From the sequence record ON210137.1: a stretch of DNA of 64,000 nucleotides. The stretch is one strand, 5' to 3'. The position numbers and the translations under genes were made by a program. This document shows positions 1 through 7,386 of the stretch, piece by piece. The notes under the pieces are model-generated. The model made no database searches and had not been told where the DNA came from. It worked only from the letters and a program-made list of their open reading frames with translations. The DNA comes from Escherichia phage EC150. How positions within the stretch are numbered: position 1 is the stretch's first letter; each line of letters opens with the position of its first letter.

Positions 1-38
1 GCACGATGCTGACCAGACTTTAATTCAATGGGTAAGGT

Positions 39-464
39 TTGATAACACTGGCGGCGGCAAGTATCGCTACTATGGCGATGAGCGATTCACCACTAAATTC
101 TATAAGGTACTCGACCATGGCTCATGTTAAAGACGAAGTGTTGTTTGGCGCAGAGATTAAGAAACGTGTCAGAGAAATGGCAGGAGAAGAAATAATGAAG
201 CCGCTGCGAAAAGGTTTTGATCACATCAATGGCGTATCCGGCACGAAGGAGATGGGCGTGTTGGTAAAAGACATCCGCATTGGCGATGTCATGGTCATCG
301 ACCGACAAGCACGAGTCGTTATCCAGGTGCAACCGAACGATGGTGAAGGTTGCGTCCTATTGAAGCTGAAGAAGCTTTCATCCAGCCCAGCAAAGGCCGT
401 CATCAAGAAGGTATGGCCCGAAGGATTACGCAAACTCATTCGTCGACCTGTGGAGAATGTGTGA
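39..464 (+). CDS. hypothetical early protein
   Basis: 141-codon ORF at the head of a tightly packed rightward gene train. Start is ambiguous (TTG 39, ATG 72 or ATG 117). Its TGA overlaps the next ATG at 464. No recognisable motif. Confidence 0.5.
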   Translation: MITLAAASIATMAMSDSPLNSIRYSTMAHVKDEVLFGAEIKKRVREMAGEEIMKPLRKGFDHINGVSGTKEMGVLVKDIRIGDVMVIDRQARVVIQVQPNDGEGCVLLKLKKLSSSPAKAVIKKVWPEGLRKLIRRPVENV

Positions 465-700
465 TGGAAGATTATATCAACGCCATGTATATGGCATTCT
501 ATGTCGTGCAACTTCCCAATGGCGCGGTATTCTATGGCGAGTATACCTTTGACGTTCAATATGACGTTTCAGAGCGTACAGTGTTAACAAGGGAGTTGAT
601 TGCGGACCTTAAGGACGACATCAAGCGCGTCGCGCGGCAGCAGTTCAATTTGGATGACACCGTCATCGTTCGAATTACCGGAATAACAGAGGTGCAGTGA
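464..700 (+). CDS. hypothetical early protein
   Basis: In-frame ATG at 464 (MEDYINAMY...) inside track ORF 350..700, overlapping the upstream stop (ATGA). 78 aa. Confidence 0.55.
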   Translation: MEDYINAMYMAFYVVQLPNGAVFYGEYTFDVQYDVSERTVLTRELIADLKDDIKRVARQQFNLDDTVIVRITGITEVQ

Positions 701-1029
701 TGACCCGTGATCAGATACTCGCCGCGCATGAGCGTGAAAAGGTTAAAGAGATTTGGAAAAGGCACAACTACTTTGCCGAATCCTATTATTTCTTAAAGAA
801 GTGCATAAAGGAAAATGCAAAGATGGACAGTACAACATTAACATTTCGTTTATCTCCACATATAGCAAAGCTTAATGCGATATGCGCTTGTCGACTAGCA
901 AGTATGAAGTTCGATAGAGGAAATGACGGAGAGTTGACCATCTATCGATTCTCCCACCGGACCGGAGACACGAAGATAACAAGGACGCGTGAAGAGCTGG
1001 AGATTGACCTACTCCACTATGTAAAATGA
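700..1029 (+). CDS. hypothetical early protein
   Basis: ATG 700 overlaps the upstream TGA (698-700), with GAGG 8 nt upstream. GTG 697 is an alternative start. Followed by a terminator hairpin. Confidence 0.55.
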   Translation: MTRDQILAAHEREKVKEIWKRHNYFAESYYFLKKCIKENAKMDSTTLTFRLSPHIAKLNAICACRLASMKFDRGNDGELTIYRFSHRTGDTKITRTREELEIDLLHYVK

Positions 1030-1035
1030 ATATCA

Positions 1036-1068
1036 AAAAGGTGAGCTAAATGCTTGCCTTTTCTTTTA
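1036..1068 (+). terminator. rho-independent terminator (copy 1 of a duplicated terminator-promoter cassette)
   Basis: AAAAGGTGAGC-TAAAT-GCTTGCCTTTT stem (G-U pairs allowed) followed by a T-rich tract. Nearly identical to 2549-2580. Confidence 0.6.
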
Positions 1069-1082
1069 TCAATACTTATACT
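1054..1082 (+). promoter_or_regulatory. sigma70-like promoter
   Basis: TTGCCT (1054-1059), 17-nt spacer, TATACT (1077-1082). The -35 element lies in the descending arm of the terminator stem. Gene start at 1115. Confidence 0.5.
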
Positions 1083-1114
1083 CTTTTCATCAAGACTAAC
1101 AAGCGAGGTGAATT

Positions 1115-1363
1115 ATGGAACGTTATATAGATGCAGAGTGCTTGATAAGTGCAGGTTTGAATGAGGCTGTAGAAGGAAGTAAATATGCCATCTGTCAATC
1201 TGATTATCCGTACAAAGATACTTTTTGGATTGAATTTGGATCAAAAGGGAGTAAGCACCACGCCACTTATGACGTTTGGAAAGCACCAAGCGGACTTTTT
1301 TACATTTTAAAACGTCATTGCCAGCCAGAGTCAGGCGTATTGGCTGTCTTCAAGGAGGTGTGA
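1115..1363 (+). CDS. hypothetical protein
   Basis: 82-aa ORF with GAGGTG about 6 nt upstream of the ATG. Confidence 0.6.
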   Translation: MERYIDAECLISAGLNEAVEGSKYAICQSDYPYKDTFWIEFGSKGSKHHATYDVWKAPSGLFYILKRHCQPESGVLAVFKEV

Positions 1364-1683
1364 TTGTGATTTACTTAGGCATCGACCAGGAACAAGACGA
1401 GCGGTTAGGAAGCGTGTTAAACGTAGACTTGAACACAGCTGTACACATCAAGCCTTGGCCAGAGGACCACGGCGACGTAGTTGTACCCGTTGCGCCTTGG
1501 ACGCGTTACGTTGCCATTGACAATAACGGCCTTGTTCATTGTTACTCAGAAAGGCCAACGTATTTCGAGATGTACCGCGAATGGCTGATGACTAGTTGGG
1601 CAAAGGTGCGCTGTTGCGGCGAAGTCGGCCTGGAGGGGTGGAGCTTCGAGGCTAGTGAATCGTGTGTCGAGGTGAAATTATGA
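1360..1683 (+). CDS. hypothetical protein (shares an RYVAxDxNG...Y..xP motif with 4516..5007)
   Basis: Track ORF 1276..1683. Likely start is GTG 1360 (overlaps the upstream TGA) or GTG 1366, after GGAGG. The upstream part overlaps the previous gene. Confidence 0.5.
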   Translation: MIVIYLGIDQEQDERLGSVLNVDLNTAVHIKPWPEDHGDVVVPVAPWTRYVAIDNNGLVHCYSERPTYFEMYREWLMTSWAKVRCCGEVGLEGWSFEASESCVEVKL

Positions 1684-1898
1684 ATGCCGTGCTGGGTAAG
1701 CTGTCTTTCAACAAGCGCAATGAGTTGCGCATGGTGTCTCGTTTTCAATTTTTATTAAATGCTATGTCAAGCGTTGCCATAGCAATGCTTCGCGCTGATT
1801 GCCCTGCTGAAAAGCGTGAGACTTTATTCAAGCGTCACCAACAATTACGAAATGCTGCTTATAAACTGCAGCAATATGCTATGGAGTATGCAAAATGA
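1680..1898 (+). CDS. hypothetical protein
   Basis: In-frame ATG 1680 (MNAVLGKL...) overlapping the upstream stop (ATGA). Confidence 0.5.
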   Translation: MNAVLGKLSFNKRNELRMVSRFQFLLNAMSSVAIAMLRADCPAEKRETLFKRHQQLRNAAYKLQQYAMEYAK

Positions 1899-2287
1899 GA
1901 ATGAAGCGTTGCCCTTACTGCCACGATGTAATGCATCTTCCACATGAAGAGTTTGTGCAGCACATGACTAATTGTGATAAGAATCCTAAGAGCGAAAGCC
2001 AGCTTGAAGAAAGAATGTTTCTGGTGTCGTTTAAAGCTTCTGCCTATGGCGTGAAACTGGCTTATGGCGCGAGCGGCGCACCAAGTGCTATCAACTGCCC
2101 AACGACATTGAGAAGTGAAATCGACTCGATGCAGCTTGCGGCTTGGATTAACGTCAAGGAAGGCCTCACGCCGCACTTCATCGCGCGCATCCAGTCCCAG
2201 ATTCTTCAAATCAAGCGCGAATACAACCGCGACGTTACTGAAGTGAAGGTCTTGTCCATCACGCCGATGAATAAGGAGCTGGCTTGA
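1895..2287 (+). CDS. hypothetical protein with N-terminal Cys/His cluster
   Basis: ATGA overlap with the upstream gene. N-terminal CPYCHDVMHLPHEEFVQHMTNC looks like a small zinc-binding motif. Confidence 0.55.
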   Translation: MRMKRCPYCHDVMHLPHEEFVQHMTNCDKNPKSESQLEERMFLVSFKASAYGVKLAYGASGAPSAINCPTTLRSEIDSMQLAAWINVKEGLTPHFIARIQSQILQIKREYNRDVTEVKVLSITPMNKELA

Positions 2288-2544
2288 ATAAGGGACCGAT
2301 GGCGCCACTGGCCCTTGCCGCGCGGAAGCTTCGACAGGCCGTTAATGGGTCGCGGCCCGTGGTGTTAACACTAGACGATGCAAAGGCACTGGTAGAGCTA
2401 CTCGACGAGAACAACCGACGCAAGAATAGAGAGAACACATTAAAGTACCGCGTCACGCCAGCCGGACGCGAGTGTGAAAAGAAAGCTTACTTGCGGCGTA
2501 AGTTAAGGTCAGTCGGTCTACACGAAGAAGCCGACCAGATTTAA
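2284..2544 (+). CDS. hypothetical protein
   Basis: 86-codon ORF. Start is TTG 2284 or ATG 2299. Followed by terminator copy 2. Confidence 0.5.
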   Translation: MNKGPMAPLALAARKLRQAVNGSRPVVLTLDDAKALVELLDENNRRKNRENTLKYRVTPAGRECEKKAYLRRKLRSVGLHEEADQI

Positions 2545-2548
2545 TTCG

Positions 2549-2580
2549 AAAAGGTGAGCTAAATGCTTGCCTTTTTATTT
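2549..2580 (+). terminator. rho-independent terminator (copy 2 of the cassette)
   Basis: Same AAAAGGTGAGCTAAATGCTTGCCTTTTT hairpin as at 1036, followed by a T-tract. Confidence 0.6.
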
Positions 2581-2594
2581 GTCTGTATTATACT
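2567..2594 (+). promoter_or_regulatory. sigma70-like promoter
   Basis: TTGCCT (2567-2572), 16-nt spacer, TATACT (2589-2594). Gene start at 2623. Confidence 0.5.
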
Positions 2595-2622
2595 TACTTC
2601 ATCAAGCAAAGGAGAGGTTATT

Positions 2623-2928
2623 ATGAGTACCGAAGCTATGAAGAGCAAGTTGTTTGAGGTGATGCAGCCCGCTGTCGAGTGCGGAGCTATTCAGGAGTTC
2701 AAAGAGACGCAAGAAGGCGGTGAGCCAGTATTCTTCTTCAAGAACAAGAAAGGTGCGGCGGCTGCGGTGATGCTCTTGAAGAACAGCGACACGACCTTTA
2801 TCCTTTGCGCAGGCGGTTATGACCTTGTTGCCGATGATGCCTACATCACCTGTGCGACGGGTCTTAATCCTATGTTAACGTTTGAGCGTCGCGGCATTCG
2901 TGTTGCGACGTTTGGAGGCGGTTTATGA
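2623..2928 (+). CDS. hypothetical protein
   Basis: In-frame ATG 2623 (MSTEAMKSK...) preceded by AAAGGAGAGG. The upstream part of track ORF 2563 covers the promoter. Confidence 0.6.
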   Translation: MSTEAMKSKLFEVMQPAVECGAIQEFKETQEGGEPVFFFKNKKGAAAAVMLLKNSDTTFILCAGGYDLVADDAYITCATGLNPMLTFERRGIRVATFGGGL

Positions 2929-3110
2929 GCACCGAAGTCCATAACGCATCAGCACTGGTAAGCTTTTACCGAAACAAAGGCGTGTCGCTAGTTAAAACGC
3001 CGCAAGGCATGCTGTTCTTTGGCACGCGATTCCTTAAGGCTTCGGAGCGTGAAACGCTGTCTAAATTCGACCAGAAGACATTACACGCAGTTTGGAGAAG
3101 ACAGCAATGA
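2925..3110 (+). CDS. hypothetical protein
   Basis: 61-aa ORF with ATGA overlap to the upstream gene. Confidence 0.5.
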   Translation: MSTEVHNASALVSFYRNKGVSLVKTPQGMLFFGTRFLKASERETLSKFDQKTLHAVWRRQQ

Positions 3111-3307
3111 CATCAAATCTTAAGGCCCGTTTATTATTCATCAAGCCGCATGTGCCGTATAAGATTAGTAAGCGCACCTGGATTAACATTTACAACCGCA
3201 GCGGCGACCGTTGTTTGTACAAGGCAAAGCGGCGCAAGAAGGTATATTTAAAGGCTGTGATGTCGCAACCCGTCGATGCATTCAACATCGGCGAAAATGA
3301 ACTGTAA
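3107..3307 (+). CDS. hypothetical basic protein
   Basis: In-frame ATG 3107 (MTSNLKARL...) overlapping the upstream TGA. K/R-rich. Confidence 0.45.
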   Translation: MTSNLKARLLFIKPHVPYKISKRTWINIYNRSGDRCLYKAKRRKKVYLKAVMSQPVDAFNIGENEL

Positions 3308-3339
3308 ATCGGCTATCAAATTGAACTCGGAGTAAAGAA

Positions 3340-3849
3340 ATGAAAATCGAACAACTCGAAGCAGTATTGGAAATGGCTGTAAAGGCAGGCGCAATCAGAA
3401 GCTATAGCCGCGAGAAGTCGGATGACGCTGCGCACTTTTGTCGCAACTTCTATATCGTCGGCAACCTTAATGACCACTACACCATCGAGTGGTATACTAA
3501 TATGATGGCTCTTAAGTCGCGCACCATGGAGCTTTGGTGTGATGATGTCTGCTTATCCAACACCCATCCATCCTACGACGTTGCGTTAGCATTCTATTAC
3601 GGAAGCCGTCAACCTGTCGCCCACATCGGTGAGAAGTATGAGCACCTTAAGGCGCGACCAGAGGAATCAATGGACGGTTGGATTTATTGGGCTGGCGTCA
3701 ACAATCCTGTTCCTGGTAAGAAGGTCATGTTTAAATTGCGCTTCGGCTATGAATCTAAATCACCTGCTCTTTCAGATGATTTGAGATGGGAGATTGTTGA
3801 CGATGCTTATGCAACTGACATCATTGCTTATCGAGTCATGGAGGAATAA
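3340..3849 (+). CDS. hypothetical protein with a C-terminal W..G.NPVPGK...AYRV domain
   Basis: 169-aa ORF with GGAG 7 nt upstream. The C-terminal ~58 aa are colinear with the C-terminus of 5004..5429. Confidence 0.6.
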   Translation: MKIEQLEAVLEMAVKAGAIRSYSREKSDDAAHFCRNFYIVGNLNDHYTIEWYTNMMALKSRTMELWCDDVCLSNTHPSYDVALAFYYGSRQPVAHIGEKYEHLKARPEESMDGWIYWAGVNNPVPGKKVMFKLRFGYESKSPALSDDLRWEIVDDAYATDIIAYRVMEE

Positions 3850-4190
3850 TGGAAGAGCAAGAAGGCCGTGAGCTAACGTTCGACGAGCAAATGCAAGAGC
3901 TTCAGCGCACATCGTCGCTGCGCGGTAAGGTTGTTGACATCGAGGCGAGCGAATCCAACCTCACCCAGTGGCGGCTCAAGTGCACCAGCACAAGCAAGGA
4001 TATGTTAAGCTTCAAAGTCGGTCAGACTTATTTGCTTTATGAGGCAAAAGGACTTATTATTGATGGAAGGCAAATTGTCTTCACGGTAGTCAGCGGAATG
4101 CATTGGTTCGTGAAGCGTGATGTCGAGGGCCGTGACATGTTTGTCGCAGGATTTCCAGAAACAAGATTCCAATTGGAGAAGGTTAAATGA
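3849..4190 (+). CDS. hypothetical protein
   Basis: 113-aa ORF with TAATG overlap to the upstream gene. Confidence 0.55.
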   Translation: MEEQEGRELTFDEQMQELQRTSSLRGKVVDIEASESNLTQWRLKCTSTSKDMLSFKVGQTYLLYEAKGLIIDGRQIVFTVVSGMHWFVKRDVEGRDMFVAGFPETRFQLEKVK

Positions 4191-4519
4191 AATTGAAATG
4201 GTACGTGGACCCTGAGACGACAGGCTCATACAGGTCATTCCAACGTCGCGGCTGGCCGATTTGTTACAGCGGCAATCCCGATAAAGAAGACTGCGAGATG
4301 CTCGCCGCGATAGTAAGTCTTAATCATGACGGCTATGAAGGCCACTACGCGAGAGCAACCAACCTTCGGCTCAAGGTGCGCATCCATTTCAAGGTCGCAG
4401 GCGAGGACCGCACCGGACTCTCCAAAGAAGAGTTCAGCAGCATTGCCGAAGCAAAGGCATGGCTAAAGGCGTTCTACAAGGCCAATCCTAAATTTTATCC
4501 AACTAAGGGTGCATCATGA
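4187..4519 (+). CDS. hypothetical protein
   Basis: 110-aa ORF with ATGA overlap. Confidence 0.55.
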   Translation: MKLKWYVDPETTGSYRSFQRRGWPICYSGNPDKEDCEMLAAIVSLNHDGYEGHYARATNLRLKVRIHFKVAGEDRTGLSKEEFSSIAEAKAWLKAFYKANPKFYPTKGAS

Positions 4520-5007
4520 CTAACAAAACGCAACGCATCAATTTTGAAGGTAAAGAATACGAAATAGACGCTCGTGCAAGATTCGTTGCGCGCGATTCTA
4601 ACGGAACCATCTGGGCGTATGAGGGAAAGCCTGCATGGAACGATTGGTGCGGCCAGTGGGGATATGCAATTGGCGATTCACTTTGGTGTAAGCAAATTGG
4701 TGATGGAAAGATGTTCAAAGAGAATAAACCATCATCACGTGATTCATTGAAGGAAGTCGAATCAATCAAAATCCAAGACCAAGCGCCATCGACAGATAAC
4801 CAATACGCAGTCGGGCAACGTGACATCGAGCAACTCGACGAGGGCGGCTATTATACGCGCCACATCTATGCCATGACGCATGAAGGACTTTGCAGCAAGT
4901 CGGACATCGCCGCTGAACTGGCCCATCGTGACTTACAAATCGACCTTCTCAAGATAGAAGTGCAGAACTTACGAAACACCCTGTTAAATACTTGGAGCTT
5001 AAAATGA
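4516..5007 (+). CDS. hypothetical protein
   Basis: 163-aa ORF with ATGA overlap. Motif RFVARDSNGTIWAYEGKP resembles RYVAIDNNGLVHCYSERP in 1360..1683. Confidence 0.55.
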   Translation: MTNKTQRINFEGKEYEIDARARFVARDSNGTIWAYEGKPAWNDWCGQWGYAIGDSLWCKQIGDGKMFKENKPSSRDSLKEVESIKIQDQAPSTDNQYAVGQRDIEQLDEGGYYTRHIYAMTHEGLCSKSDIAAELAHRDLQIDLLKIEVQNLRNTLLNTWSLK

Positions 5008-5429
5008 TACAACGTTACGACCTGACATATGATGTGGTATCAGAAGATTGCTCCATCACTCCCGTTCCAGAGAGTCATGAAGGACGTTTTGTTGCATATG
5101 AGGACTATGCCGCGCTGGAAGCGAAATACAGTGAAGCGCAACGCGAGTTGGTTGCATTACGCTCACAGGTCCGTGATGCATCGGTGCTTGTTAAGCAGTT
5201 GCACGACGTTGTTGCTACTATAGGCGTGGATGATGATGCGCCGAAGGAGGAAGCGTGGACCGTGTGGCTTGGTGGCGCGAATCCGGTGCCTGGGAAGATG
5301 GTTGAGTTTGAATTACTCAACGGTTATAAATCAAAAGAGGCCGTCCCTTCGGATAATTTGAACTGGGGTGCAGTGGCAAGCCCGACTGGCGCAAAGATTG
5401 TTGCTTATCGGGTCGTTAAGGAGGGGTGA
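5004..5429 (+). CDS. hypothetical protein, C-terminal paralog of 3340..3849
   Basis: In-frame ATG 5004 (MIQRYDL...) overlapping the upstream TGA. C-terminus is WTVWLGGANPVPGKMVEFELLNGYKSK...KIVAYRV. Confidence 0.6.
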   Translation: MIQRYDLTYDVVSEDCSITPVPESHEGRFVAYEDYAALEAKYSEAQRELVALRSQVRDASVLVKQLHDVVATIGVDDDAPKEEAWTVWLGGANPVPGKMVEFELLNGYKSKEAVPSDNLNWGAVASPTGAKIVAYRVVKEG

Positions 5430-5962
5430 TGGGCGGCTTTTGGCGTAAAGCTAAATACTCTAAAGACTTGCATTACTTCTTGGATAATGAAGGCATAAGT
5501 ATATGTGGTAGGTACAGAAGGGATAATGAATCAGCGTCGCAAAGTAATAAGGCTGAATGGTTACTCAAGGAAGAATGCAAAGTTTGCCGCAAACGTTTTT
5601 GTGACAAAACTAGCATAACTGATTACATAAAGGAGCTTAGAAAAAGATGTAAAAGCCCGCAAGAGTTTGCCATAGCTCTTTGGGATGATCACCCTGAGTT
5701 GAGAAGCGAATGGTTAAAGACTGATGCAATCAATTATATCTTCAAATCGAAATACAGGACGACAGCAAGATATAAAATGGATGAAGCAGTAATTCAGAAG
5801 GTATTTTCTTATTGGAGGGATACAGTCGATATTGTGAAAATAAAGAAATACCAAAACGAAGTGCTGCTGGAATTGGAGAGGATTGGCTATAAAGTCACCA
5901 ATAAAATGATAAAAGAAGAAATAAAAAGGAGAACGGAAAAGGGACTGATGCCTAAGATATAG
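5426..5962 (+). CDS. hypothetical protein (AT-rich gene, Cys cluster CKVCRKRFC)
   Basis: 178-codon ORF. Start is GTG 5426 or ATG 5429, after GGAGG. Visibly more AT-rich than its neighbours. Confidence 0.5.
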   Translation: MMGGFWRKAKYSKDLHYFLDNEGISICGRYRRDNESASQSNKAEWLLKEECKVCRKRFCDKTSITDYIKELRKRCKSPQEFAIALWDDHPELRSEWLKTDAINYIFKSKYRTTARYKMDEAVIQKVFSYWRDTVDIVKIKKYQNEVLLELERIGYKVTNKMIKEEIKRRTEKGLMPKI

Positions 5963-6204
5963 TGAATAAACGAACACTGTTTACGTGTTTTGAAGAATGG
6001 AATGTGTGCAATGGGTCGCTTTATGCGGCCTTTTGTCGTTTGGGTCGTGTTTTGCGATGGAATAATTATGATGAGGTGTTTTATTTATTGATTGTGCGGA
6101 AATATTTAGAAATATATTTCATAGGTCGTGTCTATTGGTCCGTGGTGTTTGTTAGATTATATCTATGGATTGAAATTTTAGTGTCGTGAAACGTGGTGTT
6201 TGAA

Positions 6205-6660
6205 CACATTTGATACGCCTAAAATACGGCTAAAAATTAAGCGTATCATGGCTGCAGGCCGCGTCGTTCCTGGATTCTTCTTTTTAAAATTGGTACACCC
6301 TTACGTCATGATACGTCATGGTTTTTTATCCGTATCAGTGTACAGCCCTTGCCGCGCCTGGCTTGTACATTAATCTTACGGATGATACGGATAAAACTGG
6401 GCATCGTTATATATAAAACTCCAAAAATAAATAAACTCCATTTTAAAAACATTTATATTAATTTTTTTCATATCCTCATACTTATGTTAATTTATATATT
6501 TAACGTATCATCCGTAAGATATAAGTAAAAACAAAGACTTGCGGCAATACGGATGATACGTCATGATACGCTTCAACCAGCCAGCAGCGGCTAAGTCATT
6601 GATTTGCATAACAAGCGGCGAAAGGGATGGATTTCTTTTATACGTATCAAACAGTACACC
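6205..6660. repeat. iteron-like GGATGATACG arrays in opposed orientation around a 114-bp AT-rich core (module A)
   Basis: GATACG at 6212, 6310, 6384, 6555, 6565. CGTATC at 6242, 6331, 6504, 6653. Perfect 15-bp inverted repeat at 6375-6389 / 6504-6518. Homologous module at 22190-22460. Confidence 0.7.
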
Positions 6661-6717
6661 ACGCACCACGGTCCGCTATTCATTCAGTACTATGATTTGT
6701 GTACGTTTACAGCCAAT

Positions 6718-6746
6718 TTGAACATCAATCTGCACTTGAATATAAT
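6718..6746 (+). promoter_or_regulatory. sigma70-like promoter upstream of 6799..7272
   Basis: TTGAAC (6718-6723), 17-nt spacer, TATAAT (6741-6746). The two ATTTGCACTAT motifs lie in the predicted leader. Confidence 0.5.
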
Positions 6747-6798
6747 GTTCATTCATTGTATAATTCACACTATTAATTTGCACTATGGGATTTGCACT

Positions 6799-7272
6799 AT
6801 GAGTCAAGATTATGTAGCAATGCCTGAAGACTTTGAAGACCCGCGATTTGCAGAGCATAATCAGGCATTATTCGATGAGTTCATTGACCTTGTTATTCAG
6901 GGCCATGACATGCGCGCAGCTTTTGCACTAGTATTTGGCATGGAGGTTGCGACCGATAACTACACTGGCCAGCGAGTCCTCTGCACGCAACGCAATCCGT
7001 ACTACAAGATGCGCTACAAAAAGCGTATGGAAGAGATGCCATTGAAGGAATTGTGGAGCGTAAAGAGTTCCATCCACAATTTAGTGAAGCTTGTGCGTGA
7101 TCCAGAAGTCGCGGCGTCAGCCAAGCTTAATGCCATTCGTGAACTGAATATCATCTACGGCATCACGATGATTGATGAGAATGGCAATAGTAAAATGGGC
7201 CGTTCCATGGACGATTTCTACAAGGATTTTGGAGAGGCAGCCAAAGAGGGTGAGCAATTCTCCCGCCACTAG
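6799..7272 (+). CDS. putative DNA-binding protein, possibly a terminase small subunit
   Basis: In-frame ATG 6799 (MSQDYVAMPED...). The N-terminal extension from 6604 in the track covers the promoter. The layout (helix-rich N-terminus, then ...AKLNAIRELNIIYG) resembles TerS proteins, but this is a weak by-eye call. Confidence 0.45.
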   Translation: MSQDYVAMPEDFEDPRFAEHNQALFDEFIDLVIQGHDMRAAFALVFGMEVATDNYTGQRVLCTQRNPYYKMRYKKRMEEMPLKELWSVKSSIHNLVKLVRDPEVAASAKLNAIRELNIIYGITMIDENGNSKMGRSMDDFYKDFGEAAKEGEQFSRH

Positions 7273-7284
7273 CCAATTTGCACT

Positions 7285-7325
7285 ATAAAACGGCCCTAGA
7301 ACACATTTTCTCCACTTCTAGGGCC
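7285..7325 (-). terminator. rho-independent terminator for the leftward 8692->7387 operon
   Basis: 10-bp stem GGCCCTAGAA / TTCTAGGGCC (7292-7301 / 7316-7325), followed on the minus strand by GTTTTAT. Confidence 0.55.
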
Positions 7326-7386
7326 ATCGGTAATACGACGGGGAAGGTTACAACCATAAACGCGTTAGAAAGTGTATTATTATAAG

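Noticed and set aside
5962-6189. 75-aa ORF in the G/T-rich segment
   Set aside because: It has no RBS. Its composition (Phe/Val/Cys/Trp/Leu/Tyr) is what a G/T-rich repeat translates to. It lies in a region better explained as non-coding.
6375-6518. Reading the inverted-repeat-bounded 144-bp and 147-bp units (6375-6518, 22236-22382) as MITE/IS-type mobile elements
   Set aside because: There is no transposase in the window and I see no flanking target-site duplication. Additional copies of the same GATACG core extend well outside the inverted repeats on both sides, which fits a binding-site array better. This is not fully excluded and is kept as an alternative in the findings.
6205-6660. CRISPR array interpretation of the short repeats at 6.2-6.7 kb and 22.2-22.5 kb
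   Set aside because: The repeat unit is only ~9-10 bp, occurs in both orientations, and has irregular spacing with no unique spacers of uniform length. No cas genes are present.
6604-6798. N-terminal 65 codons of track ORF 6604..7272 (MHNKRRKGWISFIRIK...)
   Set aside because: This part overlaps the predicted promoter (6718-6746) and the repeat motifs, and translates AT-rich DNA into an Ile/His/Asn/Leu-rich peptide. The in-frame ATG at 6799 gives a compact protein with a normal composition.
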